Source: an uncultured delta proteobacterium (lineage in GTDB: Bacteria > Myxococcota_A > Polyangia > Polyangiales > Polyangiaceae). Taken from it: a stretch of 64,000 nucleotides of DNA. This document shows, piece after piece, positions 55,281-64,000 of this stretch. Position 1 is the stretch's first letter. The number at the start of each line of letters is the position of its first letter. The notes under the pieces were generated by a model. The model was given only the letters and a program-made list of their open reading frames with translations. It was not told where the DNA came from and did not search any database. The stretch is taken from positions 416,001 to 480,000 of the forward strand of contig CAVOKF010000004.1 of NCBI GenBank assembly GCA_963696385.1. The letters run 5' to 3'. Made by a program: the position numbers and the translations under genes.

Positions 55281-57719
55281 TCAGTTGGCTTCGAGGCGCA
55301 GATAGTCCCATTCGAGGGCCGCGCCGGAGCCGGTGATGGTAAGCGTGTTCGCGCCGGCCTTGAGGGCGCTCGCGCTGAACACGATCTGTCCGTCCCAGAA
55401 GTAGCCGTGACTGCCCAGCCGGGTGACCGCGTCGCTCGGATTCTGTGGCGAGAGGGTGCCGACCGGCGAACCGTTAACGGCCACCGACAGGCTGCCTCCT
55501 TCATTCGCGGCCAGGGCCACGTACAGGCGCGCCTGACCCGTCGGGGCGCTCGCCACGTTAAAGTTCACGGTCCAGGGCGACGTGTCCATGTACGAGTAGT
55601 TCCAGACCTGGGCATAGTCGTCTGTGCCCACTGTGTACACCACGCCGTTGCCAAAGTTCTTCGCATAGGTCTCAAACGAGGTGGCCCAATCGGTGTAGTT
55701 GATGGCGCCATTGAGAAATTCGTGCGAGTCGCGATCGGGCACGCCGATCTCCCAAACGGTTGTCGCCGTGCGCGGCGGCGTAATGGTCACGGTGCCGAGA
55801 TTCTGCGTTTGCCCTGCGGTGACGGTGATGCTGGCAGTCGGTGTCGTGAACGGGGTCAAAATGCTCGAGTTGGGAATGTTGCCGGCAGCGGTGGTGAAGG
55901 TGCCGGCTGCACCCCGCCCGAATGCCCACAGAGCGTACGTGCCCGGAATGACGTGCGGAATCGTGAAAGACCCATCGCATCCGGTCTTGACCCAGTACTG
56001 ATAGGTGAAAAACTGGGCTTGGGGATCCAGGCCGTCGTCCGGGGCCAAGCCAATCCACATGTCCCCGGGCGACGCGTCGGGGGCACCCGTATCGCCAATC
56101 GTGAGCGCGCCGGTCACCGTGGCACGCCCCGACTCTGACACATAGTTGCCGTCGCCGCCCGCCGGATTCACGAACCAGGAGTAAGGCCACGCAGCCTGTT
56201 CGGCCTTGGCCTGGGCGATGGCGTCAGCAAAAAGCACGCTATTGGCGTTGGCCGTCCCCGCCGGAACACTGTTGTTGTAGTAGAAAAACGGACCGTAGAC
56301 TTTGCTGAGCTGCGTGCCTGCCGGGATGAGCTCGGAAACCTCGTTCTGCGTGTAGTGGCTGCCGCCAAGCATGTTGAGCAGGTCCGGGCCGTTCAACATG
56401 CTCCCCATGAGCTCACGCTTCTTGGGGCCCCCATTGTAATATTCGTTGCTGCCGAGGGCGATGAACATCCCGATGTTCATCGTGCTGGAGCTCCATCCCC
56501 AAGCATCGGTGTCGCCGACGTCTGCGGTCCAGCTGTACTTGCAAACGTAGACGCCGTCCGGTGCCTGCTCCACCTCCTTGGGGGCGCCCGAGACCGCCGT
56601 GCCGTTGACCCAGTCGGTCTCGGTGGTATCCAACCACCCCGTCGCGCCCCCCGTACTGTCCGCCCCGTTGCGCAGGGCATCGAGGCTATTCCAGTCAAAG
56701 ATGGCCCCGTTGTAGACGTTGGATCGCCACTCGCCGCCGTTGGTGGCCGCGTACGCCGCCGCGTGGGTAAGGATGCCTGTAGCGTAAAAACCGCTGCTGC
56801 CGCGCAGCATCGCGTAGTCGATGTCCACGTCCAGGTTGTTGGTGCTGCCCGTTGTGTGAACACGGACCTCCGCCAGGTCCCCGCCGTTGGTCGTGGGATC
56901 GGCAGTCACTGTGCAGGTCCCGTTGCCCGCTTCCAGCTCCCAATAAACCATTCCACCTTCATCGCCTCCGGCGAGCACGTTCGTCCCTGTATAGGTCCAG
57001 GTGCCGATCGTCCCGTCCGCGCAGGTGACGACGATGGACACGATCCCGTTCGACAGCGTGTACGTGCCGTTGCCTTGGGTCGCCGTGACATTAGCTCCGC
57101 CCGGGGTGATCGCCCCGGCCACGTGCGTGCTCGTGGCAGGGCAGGCCGTCTGATACATGCCCGGGTAATCCGTTCCTTGTGCGATGAGCGAACAGGCTCC
57201 CGCGTCGCCCGCCGGCGCGCAGCCGCCCGAGCTGCTCGACGTGCCGCCCGAACTCGTCCCGCTGGAGCTAGAGGAGCTGGAGGCGGAGACTCCCGAGTTG
57301 GAGGAGCCAGAGCCGAAAGAGCTTGAGGCGGAAGAGCCAGAGGTGGGCACTCCCGAGCTGGAGGAGCCAGAGCCGGATGAGCCTGAGGCGGAAGAGCCTG
57401 AAATGGGCACTCCCGAGCTGGAGGAGCCAGAGTCAGAGAAGCCGGAGGCGGGGGCTCCCGAGCTGGAGGAGCCAGAGCCGGAAGAGCCGGAGGTAGAAAT
57501 GTCTGAGCTGGAGGAGCCGGACCCCATGCTCGACGACGACGCGCCGCCCGGGCTCTCGGCGTCGTTCGTTCCGCACCCTTGCGAAGTCACGGCCAAGAGA
57601 GTCCACAAAACCGTGGTGGGCAGGACGCAATGCGTCCGGGCCCGAGGTGAGCCTTCAGCGCGGGTGCAGCGCGCGCCCTCGTGTCGACGCAGAGCGTCAG
57701 TCGTCGTCGGCTTAGGCAT
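55281..57719 (-). CDS. Polysaccharide lyase family 4 (rhamnogalacturonan lyase) lipoprotein
   Basis: SQGC, Ser/Gly linker, YAMLRGSSGFY, EYYNGGPKKRELM, KVYGPFFYY, WPYSW, YQYW, WEIGVPDRDSHEF and WDYLRLE. Confidence 0.88.
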   Translation of the reverse strand: MPKPTTTDALRRHEGARCTRAEGSPRARTHCVLPTTVLWTLLAVTSQGCGTNDAESPGGASSSSMGSGSSSSDISTSGSSGSGSSSSGAPASGFSDSGSSSSGVPISGSSASGSSGSGSSSSGVPTSGSSASSSFGSGSSNSGVSASSSSSSSGTSSGGTSSSSGGCAPAGDAGACSLIAQGTDYPGMYQTACPATSTHVAGAITPGGANVTATQGNGTYTLSNGIVSIVVTCADGTIGTWTYTGTNVLAGGDEGGMVYWELEAGNGTCTVTADPTTNGGDLAEVRVHTTGSTNNLDVDIDYAMLRGSSGFYATGILTHAAAYAATNGGEWRSNVYNGAIFDWNSLDALRNGADSTGGATGWLDTTETDWVNGTAVSGAPKEVEQAPDGVYVCKYSWTADVGDTDAWGWSSSTMNIGMFIALGSNEYYNGGPKKRELMGSMLNGPDLLNMLGGSHYTQNEVSELIPAGTQLSKVYGPFFYYNNSVPAGTANANSVLFADAIAQAKAEQAAWPYSWFVNPAGGDGNYVSESGRATVTGALTIGDTGAPDASPGDMWIGLAPDDGLDPQAQFFTYQYWVKTGCDGSFTIPHVIPGTYALWAFGRGAAGTFTTAAGNIPNSSILTPFTTPTASITVTAGQTQNLGTVTITPPRTATTVWEIGVPDRDSHEFLNGAINYTDWATSFETYAKNFGNGVVYTVGTDDYAQVWNYSYMDTSPWTVNFNVASAPTGQARLYVALAANEGGSLSVAVNGSPVGTLSPQNPSDAVTRLGSHGYFWDGQIVFSASALKAGANTLTITGSGAALEWDYLRLEAN
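57291..57520. repeat. Intragenic 60/45-bp repeats encoding the Ser/Gly linker
   Basis: TCCCGAG(C/T)TGGAGGAGCCAGAG starts at 57291, 57351, 57411 and 57456, with a degenerate copy at about 57501. Confidence 0.85.
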
Positions 57720-57754
57720 GCTCGTTTCAACGCTCCCACACGATTGTAAGTCTG

Positions 57755-57766
57755 GGCATTAATGCC
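57755..57766. promoter_or_regulatory. Perfect 12-bp palindrome GGCATTAATGCC, candidate operator
   Basis: Lies about 36-47 bp upstream of the PL4 start in an AT-richer intergenic stretch. Function is inferred only. Confidence 0.3.
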
Positions 57767-57970
57767 TGGGCGAGACAAATCGATCCGCCTTCTTTTCGAG
57801 CGGCAGAGGTGGTTCGAGTGTTAAGCGGTGCGCTGGAAGCGGACATTCGTACCGCTATGGGTGATGTGTGCAGCTCGATGGATCTTCCGACCTTCTGAGT
57901 CTTTGTCGGCAGCGAATGGCCGACAGCCATGCGGTACGCTCGTCGGTCCCGTGCTCGGCCGCTCCTGCGA

Positions 57971-58531
57971 TCACGACGTCGTCCATCCGACGCAGGCGCC
58001 GTTCTCGATCTGGATCTGCAAGCCGTAGACGTGCGCCCCCATTCGCCGATATTTCCATGTCTCCTGTGCTTTGGTTTTGTAGACATGGGTCGACACCCCA
58101 TCCGGCTCGCCGAACATCTCGCGGATCATGTCGGCGGTGTCACCCTGCCGCAATTGCTTGGACACGATGCGATTCGCGGCCACCTCGCCGAACCGCTCCC
58201 TGAGATCCCGAACGTATTCGGCTTGCCATGATGCACGCTGGCGCAATACCTTTCTGGTACGCGTAAGCGCGACGTTACGCTTCCCTATCGCGACGATGGT
58301 GGTCACGAGGGCCCCGACGACGAAGGACCCGATAAGGACGCCGGGGCCAAACCGGTTTGCGATCCGCAGGGCCAGTTGGAGCGCGAGCACGACGAGAAAG
58401 ATCTTGCCGATCGCGGGGCCACATCCGCTCGCGTTCGCCGAAGGTCTCGAGATCTCCATTGCGGCTCGGCAGTACGGACATCTCAGGCCGCCGTCGTTCC
58501 GCTCAGACCGGCGGATGCTCTCGATTCGCAT
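57971..58531 (-). CDS. Hypothetical membrane protein (CPYC, two TMs, small C-terminal beta domain)
   Basis: CPYC; two hydrophobic segments; MIREMFGEPD...ETWKY...IENGACVGW. Confidence 0.7.
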   Translation of the reverse strand: MRIESIRRSERNDGGLRCPYCRAAMEISRPSANASGCGPAIGKIFLVVLALQLALRIANRFGPGVLIGSFVVGALVTTIVAIGKRNVALTRTRKVLRQRASWQAEYVRDLRERFGEVAANRIVSKQLRQGDTADMIREMFGEPDGVSTHVYKTKAQETWKYRRMGAHVYGLQIQIENGACVGWTTS

Positions 58532-58822
58532 TCCCCTCTATCGGCCGGCGCATGGGAAAGTTACCGGGTACCGACGGTCGCTCGGCGCCCGCCCGCTACC
58601 GACGGCTGTCGGCTCTGCCGGCAAAACCTCGCGAGGCCGGCGCTGCCCGATGCCGACCTTCGGTCGCCTCTGCCGCCAAAGCCGCGCGAGGCCGACGCCT
58701 GCCGGATGCGGCCGTTCGGTCGGCTTTGGCGAGCCGGCTGCGCCAAGTGGGTTGTGCAACGCTCGACGACCGCACACTCCGGAAAGAGCCTGCCGGCGAC
58801 GGGACGTCGCGGCGGCGTCTAG

Positions 58823-59592
58823 CCCTACTTTCGCATTCGGGCGGCGAAACAGGTTACGCCGCCTCGTGAATTGCAGCCCGTTTGCGACGTGACGGCATAG
58901 TGGAAAGAAGTGAAGGCATCCAACGTCCAAGCTCGAAGACTTCGATCGCCTGCTTTTGCCACGGGGTAATGTCGGGCGGGAGCAGCCAGGTCGGGCGACG
59001 GCCCATTCCCCCGCCAGTGGCTCTCACCTGCGTTGCCTCAATCTCTGCGAGAGTCTTCATCATCGCTCGCGCTGACTTCGTCGTGCCCATCGCGATCCGG
59101 GCAAGGCTAACGAGCGTCAGGCCGAGCACGGTCGCAAACGTGTGCAGGCGCAGGGAGGTGTCGGCCCATTGGTGCGAGGGTCCCACGGCAACCGCGAGCA
59201 CCATTTCACCAAGGCTCACGCTCTTCGCTCCTCCACTCCAGCCGCACGCACGATTGAGCGTGCCGACGACGTCTAACTGCTCCGCCACCCAGACCAGAGC
59301 CCCAACGTCGCCGATAGGACGTCGGCCCACCGTCCGCAGCTGTGCGAGCTTCACGCTCACGGGCATCTCCGCCGGTCCAAGGATGGCCTGCCGAGAATAC
59401 GACTGCCCGGCGGCTGCGTCCCAGACCGCTTGCGCAGCGATGCGGTAACGGTTGCCATTGACGAGCTTCTCCGTGAAGTGCATTTCTTTCCACTATCCCG
59501 TGTCGCCAGCGATGGAAAGAGAAAACGCCGCAAACGTAAGCCTCCCGTGACGGCAATGCCTCGCTCCGCGTCGCGATTTTGCGAAAGTAGGG
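58823..59592 (-). mobile_element. Internally deleted, non-autonomous IS1634-like element (770 bp)
   Basis: Perfect 13-bp terminal inverted repeats CCCTACTTTCGCA (58823-58835) and TGCGAAAGTAGGG (59580-59592), flanked by CTAG at 58819-58822 and 59593-59596. Encloses a truncated transposase. Confidence 0.85.
58854..59483 (-). pseudogene. IS1634-like transposase with in-frame internal deletion
   Basis: N-terminus (GNRYRIAAQAVWD...GDVGALVWVAEQLDVVG...SLGEMVLAVAV) fused to a C-terminal motif (PSHQWADTSLRLHTFATVLGL). Only 209 aa, with no DDE core. Confidence 0.78.
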
Positions 59593-60993
59593 CTAGAACT
59601 GTCCGACGAGCCCGGTGAACCCCGGTGACACCACCGGAAGCACTCGGACCCAGGTCGGTGAGGCCCATCCGGACTCGGATGGCTGCCGCTGCGTCGAAGC
59701 AGTCTCGCGGGTCGCCTGGTGCAGAAGGGCGCGATTGTACTTGGCGGCGTAGCGCTCGGCGTCAGCCTTGCCGAGGACGTGATCCGCCTTCGAACCGTCG
59801 TACCCGAGAATGCCAAAGGTGACGAAACTGACGAGCCCGGAAGCGAGAATCGCCCCACCCGTGATACCAAGGCCCTTGCCAAGACCTGGATTGGTCGGCG
59901 AAGCACACTGCAATTCGTACCCGGTGCCCGAAACAAACATCAGGCTGGAATAATTGCAGTGTGGCACCGTCCCGCGCGCGGGGGCCATCATGGCAAATAC
60001 TTGGGTGCTCTGAGGCGTCGCCAGGGCGAGATAGGCGCCGATGCCGATGAGCGACGCCCCCACAGCGCTGGCGGCGATTCCGTAATCCAGCCAGATCGGG
60101 TTCCGGTTCTTCTTCGCTCCCCGTAGCTCCGTCGATCCGGTCAGGGTTTCATAGCGACGGACAAACTCGTTCTCCGAGATCTCGCCTGGGCCGTCCCTGA
60201 ACACGTAGGCAAACTCGGCGGGCGAGCGGTTGTTCGCCACGACCTGGATCTTCTGCGCGTCGAAGCGATCCTTCGCGGGCCCGGTGAGGTCGTGCTCCGT
60301 CAGGTCGACCCTCGCGGCAGCCCGGTCGCCAAGTACGCTGAGGGACTTCGCCTGGACCCCGTCGGCGATCGTCACGAGTGCGGCGACATAGCCGTAGACG
60401 TAGCGCTTTTGCAGGATCCTCCCCTTGAGAAACCCTCGCGCCGCCTCCGTGAACGGCAGGTCGACGCTCCCTTCGCCGCTACTTTCCACGGCGCTCGCGT
60501 ATACCCCCTGGCCGTAGGCGAGCGCCGAGACGAACCCGTAGCCGCACGTCCCCTTGCCCTTGCAGCAGGCGAGGTATTCGGGCGTAGCCGCCCGCGTCAC
60601 CTGCTTCTCGAGGTCGACCTTGTAATAGAAGTGCGTCGCCGCCTCGGCGTCCTCTTCGAGGCCGAACGTCCGGAGGGCTGCGCGGGCCTTGCCGCCGGGG
60701 GCAAGCTCCTCGGTGTCCTCGAACGTTCGGACAACCGGTTGCTCGGTTTTCTCTCCGAGCTTGTCGCCGCATTCATTCGGACGCAACACCTCTTCGAGCG
60801 AGCGCCCGTTCTCGGGGGTGTCGATGAGGACGCGTCCCAGGAGAGCGTCGTCATCGACCGAGCGCGGAATGAGGATGCTCGAGGGACCGAGGGCGGACGA
60901 AGCGACGGGCGCGAGGGGATGAAAGGGCACCACGTCGCCGCAGGCCATTACGAAGGGCAGAGGGGCGAGGATCGCCCAACCTTGCGCGCGCAT
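59593..60993 (-). CDS. Hypothetical lipoprotein/membrane protein
   Basis: 466 aa; lipobox-like VMAC and C-terminal hydrophobic segments. Its TAG stop lies in the CTAG flank of the IS. Confidence 0.78.
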   Translation of the reverse strand: MRAQGWAILAPLPFVMACGDVVPFHPLAPVASSALGPSSILIPRSVDDDALLGRVLIDTPENGRSLEEVLRPNECGDKLGEKTEQPVVRTFEDTEELAPGGKARAALRTFGLEEDAEAATHFYYKVDLEKQVTRAATPEYLACCKGKGTCGYGFVSALAYGQGVYASAVESSGEGSVDLPFTEAARGFLKGRILQKRYVYGYVAALVTIADGVQAKSLSVLGDRAAARVDLTEHDLTGPAKDRFDAQKIQVVANNRSPAEFAYVFRDGPGEISENEFVRRYETLTGSTELRGAKKNRNPIWLDYGIAASAVGASLIGIGAYLALATPQSTQVFAMMAPARGTVPHCNYSSLMFVSGTGYELQCASPTNPGLGKGLGITGGAILASGLVSFVTFGILGYDGSKADHVLGKADAERYAAKYNRALLHQATRETASTQRQPSESGWASPTWVRVLPVVSPGFTGLVGQF

Positions 60994-61356
60994 CGGTCTG
61001 CCGACGCTTTACACGAGCGCGTGCTCGTCGGCAAATGCCACAGCCTTTGGCTGTAGGTCCGGCGACAAGCGCCATCCCGACTAATTTAGGGTCTTGATGA
61101 ACAATTGGGGGGGCAACGTACCGGACGCCGCTCCCATGGGCCGCGTCATGCAATGTCAAAAGGTCGACTGTGCCGGTGGTTATTTTTGCATCCGGTCGCA
61201 ACGTGGATGTGGCGAGGTGGTCAAGGCAAGGTGGCTCAAAGCCATACCGGACGGCCCGTTGCTCACCGACGGCCGCAATCCGCTGGCACGCCTCCAGATT
61301 CCCGTCGCAGAGGACCGCTTGCGGCCATGCGCAAGGCGAAGAAGGAGCTGGCGAAG

Positions 61357-61944
61357 CTAGAGAAGCGTGCCGCTGGGGGCCGCATCACCATGGCGAAAGG
61401 TTTGCCATTCGTCCACGTTGAGCCGGTAGACGACGTGCCGTCGGCGAGGATCGCCTTCGGGCACACGAGGATGCTCGAACGTCTCGGCAGGTGAGAAGAC
61501 CATCCCGAGGCGGTCCATGACCCGACGGGAGCGCACGTTGTCGGGCGTGGTAACGCCGATGATCTCGCGGAGGCCAACACGCTCGAAGCCATCGCGCACG
61601 GCGGCGCCAGCGGCCTCGCTCGCGTACCCCTGACCCCAGCAATCGAACACGAGCCGCCAAGCGATTTCGACCCCGGACACGATCCCTGCATCGAGATCCG
61701 CCCGCGACAGCCCCACGACCCCGACGAAGGCGCAGTCGCGCGAAACGAGAAAGCGACCGTAGCCGTGGCTCTGCCAGTGAACGACGAGTCGCTCAAGCCA
61801 CCCCTGCGTCGCCTCGCGCAACATGGCGCCGCCGAGATCATTCATTACGCGAGGGTCGGCCCCGAGGGCGGCTAGGAGTTGTAGATCCTCCATACAGACC
61901 GGGCGGAGACGAAGGCGAGGCGTTGCGAGCTCCACGAATTGCAC
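61357..61944 (-). CDS. GNAT N-acetyltransferase (RimJ/RimL family)
   Basis: LATPRLRLRP, FVGVVGL, VEIAWRL...WGQGYASEAA and NVRSRRVMDRLGM. Confidence 0.92.
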   Translation of the reverse strand: MQFVELATPRLRLRPVCMEDLQLLAALGADPRVMNDLGGAMLREATQGWLERLVVHWQSHGYGRFLVSRDCAFVGVVGLSRADLDAGIVSGVEIAWRLVFDCWGQGYASEAAGAAVRDGFERVGLREIIGVTTPDNVRSRRVMDRLGMVFSPAETFEHPRVPEGDPRRRHVVYRLNVDEWQTFRHGDAAPSGTLL

Positions 61945-61999
61945 GTTCGGGCCATGCTCTTGCTAACCGGGCGCTGCGGATTCTATCGGACGACCCCTT

Positions 62000-62767
62000 T
62001 CATGTCGCCGGATTCGCGTGCCGGACGTCCCGGGTGAGGACCGCGGCGGCGTGCGCCAGCGCCGAAGGCGTCTGACAGCCGACGATCGCCGGAGCCTCAT
62101 GGAGCAGACCGTCGTTGTCGATGGCCTCCACCATGAACCGAGCGAAGTCCACGCGGCGGGTGATGTTGCTCTCGAGGATGGCGTCACCCACGTGCCGGCT
62201 CCACACCGGCAGGCCCTGGCTCTCGCCCTCCTCGAGCGCGCTGCCTCGCACCACGGTCCAGAGTCGATCGCTCTCGAAGATGCGCTTGCATGCAAGCACC
62301 TGATCTTCGATCTGGCCGTAGCGAACGGCCCGAGCAACCCAGGCGGCGACCTCGACGATCGTCAGGAACAGGCGCGAGTAGCGGTCCTGACCGTCGCGTG
62401 TGATGTGCCACCCGCACGAGAACACAAGGCGGGCGTGCTCGGGGGCGAGATCGAGGACCGCCTGAGCCGTCCTCGAGGCGTACTGATGGACCCCGAGTGG
62501 GACCAGGACGGCGAGCACGGCGTCGCATCCGGCAACGGCTCGGCCGACGACTTCGCGGTCGTCCGTCCTGCCCGCCATCACGGTGATGGCCCCCTCGAAG
62601 CGGGCGAGCTTCCGGACGCTCTGCTCGCGGCAGACGGCGATGACCTCGTAGCCACGATCCAGAGCGTGCTGGACCATGTACTGCCCGAGCTTTCCGGACG
62701 CACCGAGGACGCAGACTCTCCGCGTGAAGCGCAAAGTTTCCGTAGGACTTTCATTCATTTTCGACAT
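62000..62767 (-). CDS. NAD(P)H-binding atypical SDR (flavin reductase/NmrA-like)
   Basis: VCVLGASGKLGQYMVQHALDRGYEV, WTVVRG and ITRRVDFA. Confidence 0.88.
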   Translation of the reverse strand: MSKMNESPTETLRFTRRVCVLGASGKLGQYMVQHALDRGYEVIAVCREQSVRKLARFEGAITVMAGRTDDREVVGRAVAGCDAVLAVLVPLGVHQYASRTAQAVLDLAPEHARLVFSCGWHITRDGQDRYSRLFLTIVEVAAWVARAVRYGQIEDQVLACKRIFESDRLWTVVRGSALEEGESQGLPVWSRHVGDAILESNITRRVDFARFMVEAIDNDGLLHEAPAIVGCQTPSALAHAAAVLTRDVRHANPAT

Positions 62768-62850
62768 CGGAGGCCTCCTCGGCGGGTTGCTACGAGGGCA
62801 ATTTGTGCCTGCACGAACGAATGGGCAATTGGAGAGAACGCATGGGTATT

Positions 62851-62864
62851 ATGCATTTGTGCAT
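62851..62864. promoter_or_regulatory. ATGCA-N4-TGCAT dyad overlapping the LysR start, possible autoregulatory site
   Basis: ATGCATTTGTGCAT in the AT-rich divergent intergenic region. Not an exact T-N11-A box. Confidence 0.25.
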
Positions 62865-63780
62865 GGAATGGCGCGCCATACGCTTCGACTGGAATCACGC
62901 CCGGGCGTTCCTGGTCGCCGCCGAGGAGGGCTCGTTCTCCGCCGCCGGCCGCGTCCTCGGCACCGCTCAGCCGACGATCGGACGTCAGGTCGCGGCCCTC
63001 GAAGAGGAACTCGGTGTCGCGCTCTTCGAGCGAATCGGCAACACGATCAAGCTCACCTCGTCCGGGCTGGATCTGATGGAGCACCTCCGGGCGATGAGCG
63101 CCGCAGCGACGCGCGTCTCGATGAGCGCGGCTGGAAAGGCGCTCTCGATCGACGGGACGGTCTGTATCACGGCAAGCGAGTTGATCGCGGCTCACATCTT
63201 GCCTCCGATCATCGGGCGCATGCGCCGGACCCATCCGGGGATCGAGATCGAGATCATCGCCTCCAACACCGCACGCGACCTTCGGCGTCGGGAGGCTGAC
63301 ATCGCCGTGCGCAATTTCACTCCAACCCAGCCCGATCTTGTCGCCAAAAAGATCGCCGACCGAAGCGCCCGCCTCTACGCCTCTCCGGCCTACCTCGATC
63401 GGATCGGCAACCCGACCTCCCCCGCGGGCCTATCGCACGCTGACTTTTTCGGCTTCGACCGGACCGAGTTGATGATCAAGGGTCTGCGTGCCTTGGGCTT
63501 GGAGCTTACCGTGAAGAACTTCCCGATCATCACCGACAACCATCTAGTGCAGTGGGAGTTGGCCAAGCAAGGGGTCGGCATTTGCATCGTGATGGACGAA
63601 GTGGGCGATGCCGAGCCTCGGGTCCGCCGCGTGCTGCCCGAGCTGCCGCCGATCCCTGTGCCGGTCTGGCTCGCAACGCATCGCGAGCTGAATACGAGCC
63701 GACGCATCCGCGTCGTCTTCGACCTGCTGGCCGACGAGCTCGGTCGGCCGCCCGAGACCCGGAACCGGATCGGCACGTGA
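62863..63780 (+). CDS. LysR family transcriptional regulator
   Basis: FDWNHARAFLVAAEEGSFSAAGRVLGTAQPTIGRQVAALEEELGVALFER and DLRRREADIAVR. Divergent from the SDR gene. Confidence 0.95.
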   Translation: MEWRAIRFDWNHARAFLVAAEEGSFSAAGRVLGTAQPTIGRQVAALEEELGVALFERIGNTIKLTSSGLDLMEHLRAMSAAATRVSMSAAGKALSIDGTVCITASELIAAHILPPIIGRMRRTHPGIEIEIIASNTARDLRRREADIAVRNFTPTQPDLVAKKIADRSARLYASPAYLDRIGNPTSPAGLSHADFFGFDRTELMIKGLRALGLELTVKNFPIITDNHLVQWELAKQGVGICIVMDEVGDAEPRVRRVLPELPPIPVPVWLATHRELNTSRRIRVVFDLLADELGRPPETRNRIGT

Positions 63781-63884
63781 CGGCCTCTCCCGCTCCGCCC
63801 AAGCATCACGTGACCCGAGCCACCGAAGTCGGTCACCTCACGGCACGGCCGCAAGATCTTCGAGGGTACAATCGCCTGCGCCAC

Positions 63885-64000
63885 ATGGACCAGGTCACCG
63901 AGCTCTGCGAGGCCATCTGGAAGGGGGACGCACAGACCGTCGCTCGCCTCGTCTCGCGCATCGACCCGAACGGAGAGGATCGTTGGCACCGAAGGGCACT
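63885..64000 (+). CDS. Ankyrin-repeat-like protein, N-terminus (partial)
   Basis: MDQVTELCEAIWKGDAQTVARLVSRIDPNGEDRWHRRA fits the ankyrin pattern (A..GD...V..L....DPN..D). Runs off the window. Confidence 0.55.
   Translation, partial: MDQVTELCEAIWKGDAQTVARLVSRIDPNGEDRWHRRA

Noticed and set aside
57184..57762. Glu/Pro-rich ORF (EEPE repeats) on the + strand
   Set aside because: Antisense shadow of the Ser/Gly linker of PL4. The same applies to 54775..55167.
1..64000. rRNA, tRNA, riboswitch, prophage or intrinsic terminators
   Set aside because: None recognised by eye. Intergenic gaps are short and lack cloverleaf or hairpin-plus-U-tract patterns. A covariance-model search would be needed to exclude small RNAs.

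Overview
This is a very GC-rich, gene-dense window, most likely from a myxobacterium (Polyangiaceae-like). That assignment is inferred from the Cys-rich lipoproteins, VWA/TolB/FGE-family surface proteins and REC-DUF4388-type regulator. It starts in the 3' end of aspS and a miaE-containing gene run and ends in the start of an ankyrin-like gene. Main points: (1) A PlpX/splicease-type radical SAM-SPASM gene (33780-34997) is translationally coupled to a 201-aa candidate substrate (33178-33783). The substrate has a CxxC..CxxC leader, an internal lipobox-like segment and repeated xYGxP cores, one of them changed Tyr->Asp inside a 114-bp duplication. This suggests a spliced, beta-keto-amide-bearing lipoprotein. 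(2) An AsmA/YdbH-like + DUF1318 lipoprotein + large TolB/TPR operon lies directly downstream. (3) A compact coenzyme F420 island (npdG, cofE, cofD, cofC, cofH, cofG, two F420-dependent oxidoreductases) has no obvious dehydro-F420 reductase. (4) There is a PL4 + GH105/88 pectin-degrading lipoprotein pair. (5) A 770-bp internally deleted IS1634-like element has perfect terminal inverted repeats and CTAG flanks. (6) There is a 19-bp tandem repeat cluster. Three genes carry single-base insertions that look like sequencing errors. No rRNA, tRNA or CRISPR array was recognised. All family calls come from motif recognition by eye, not database searches.
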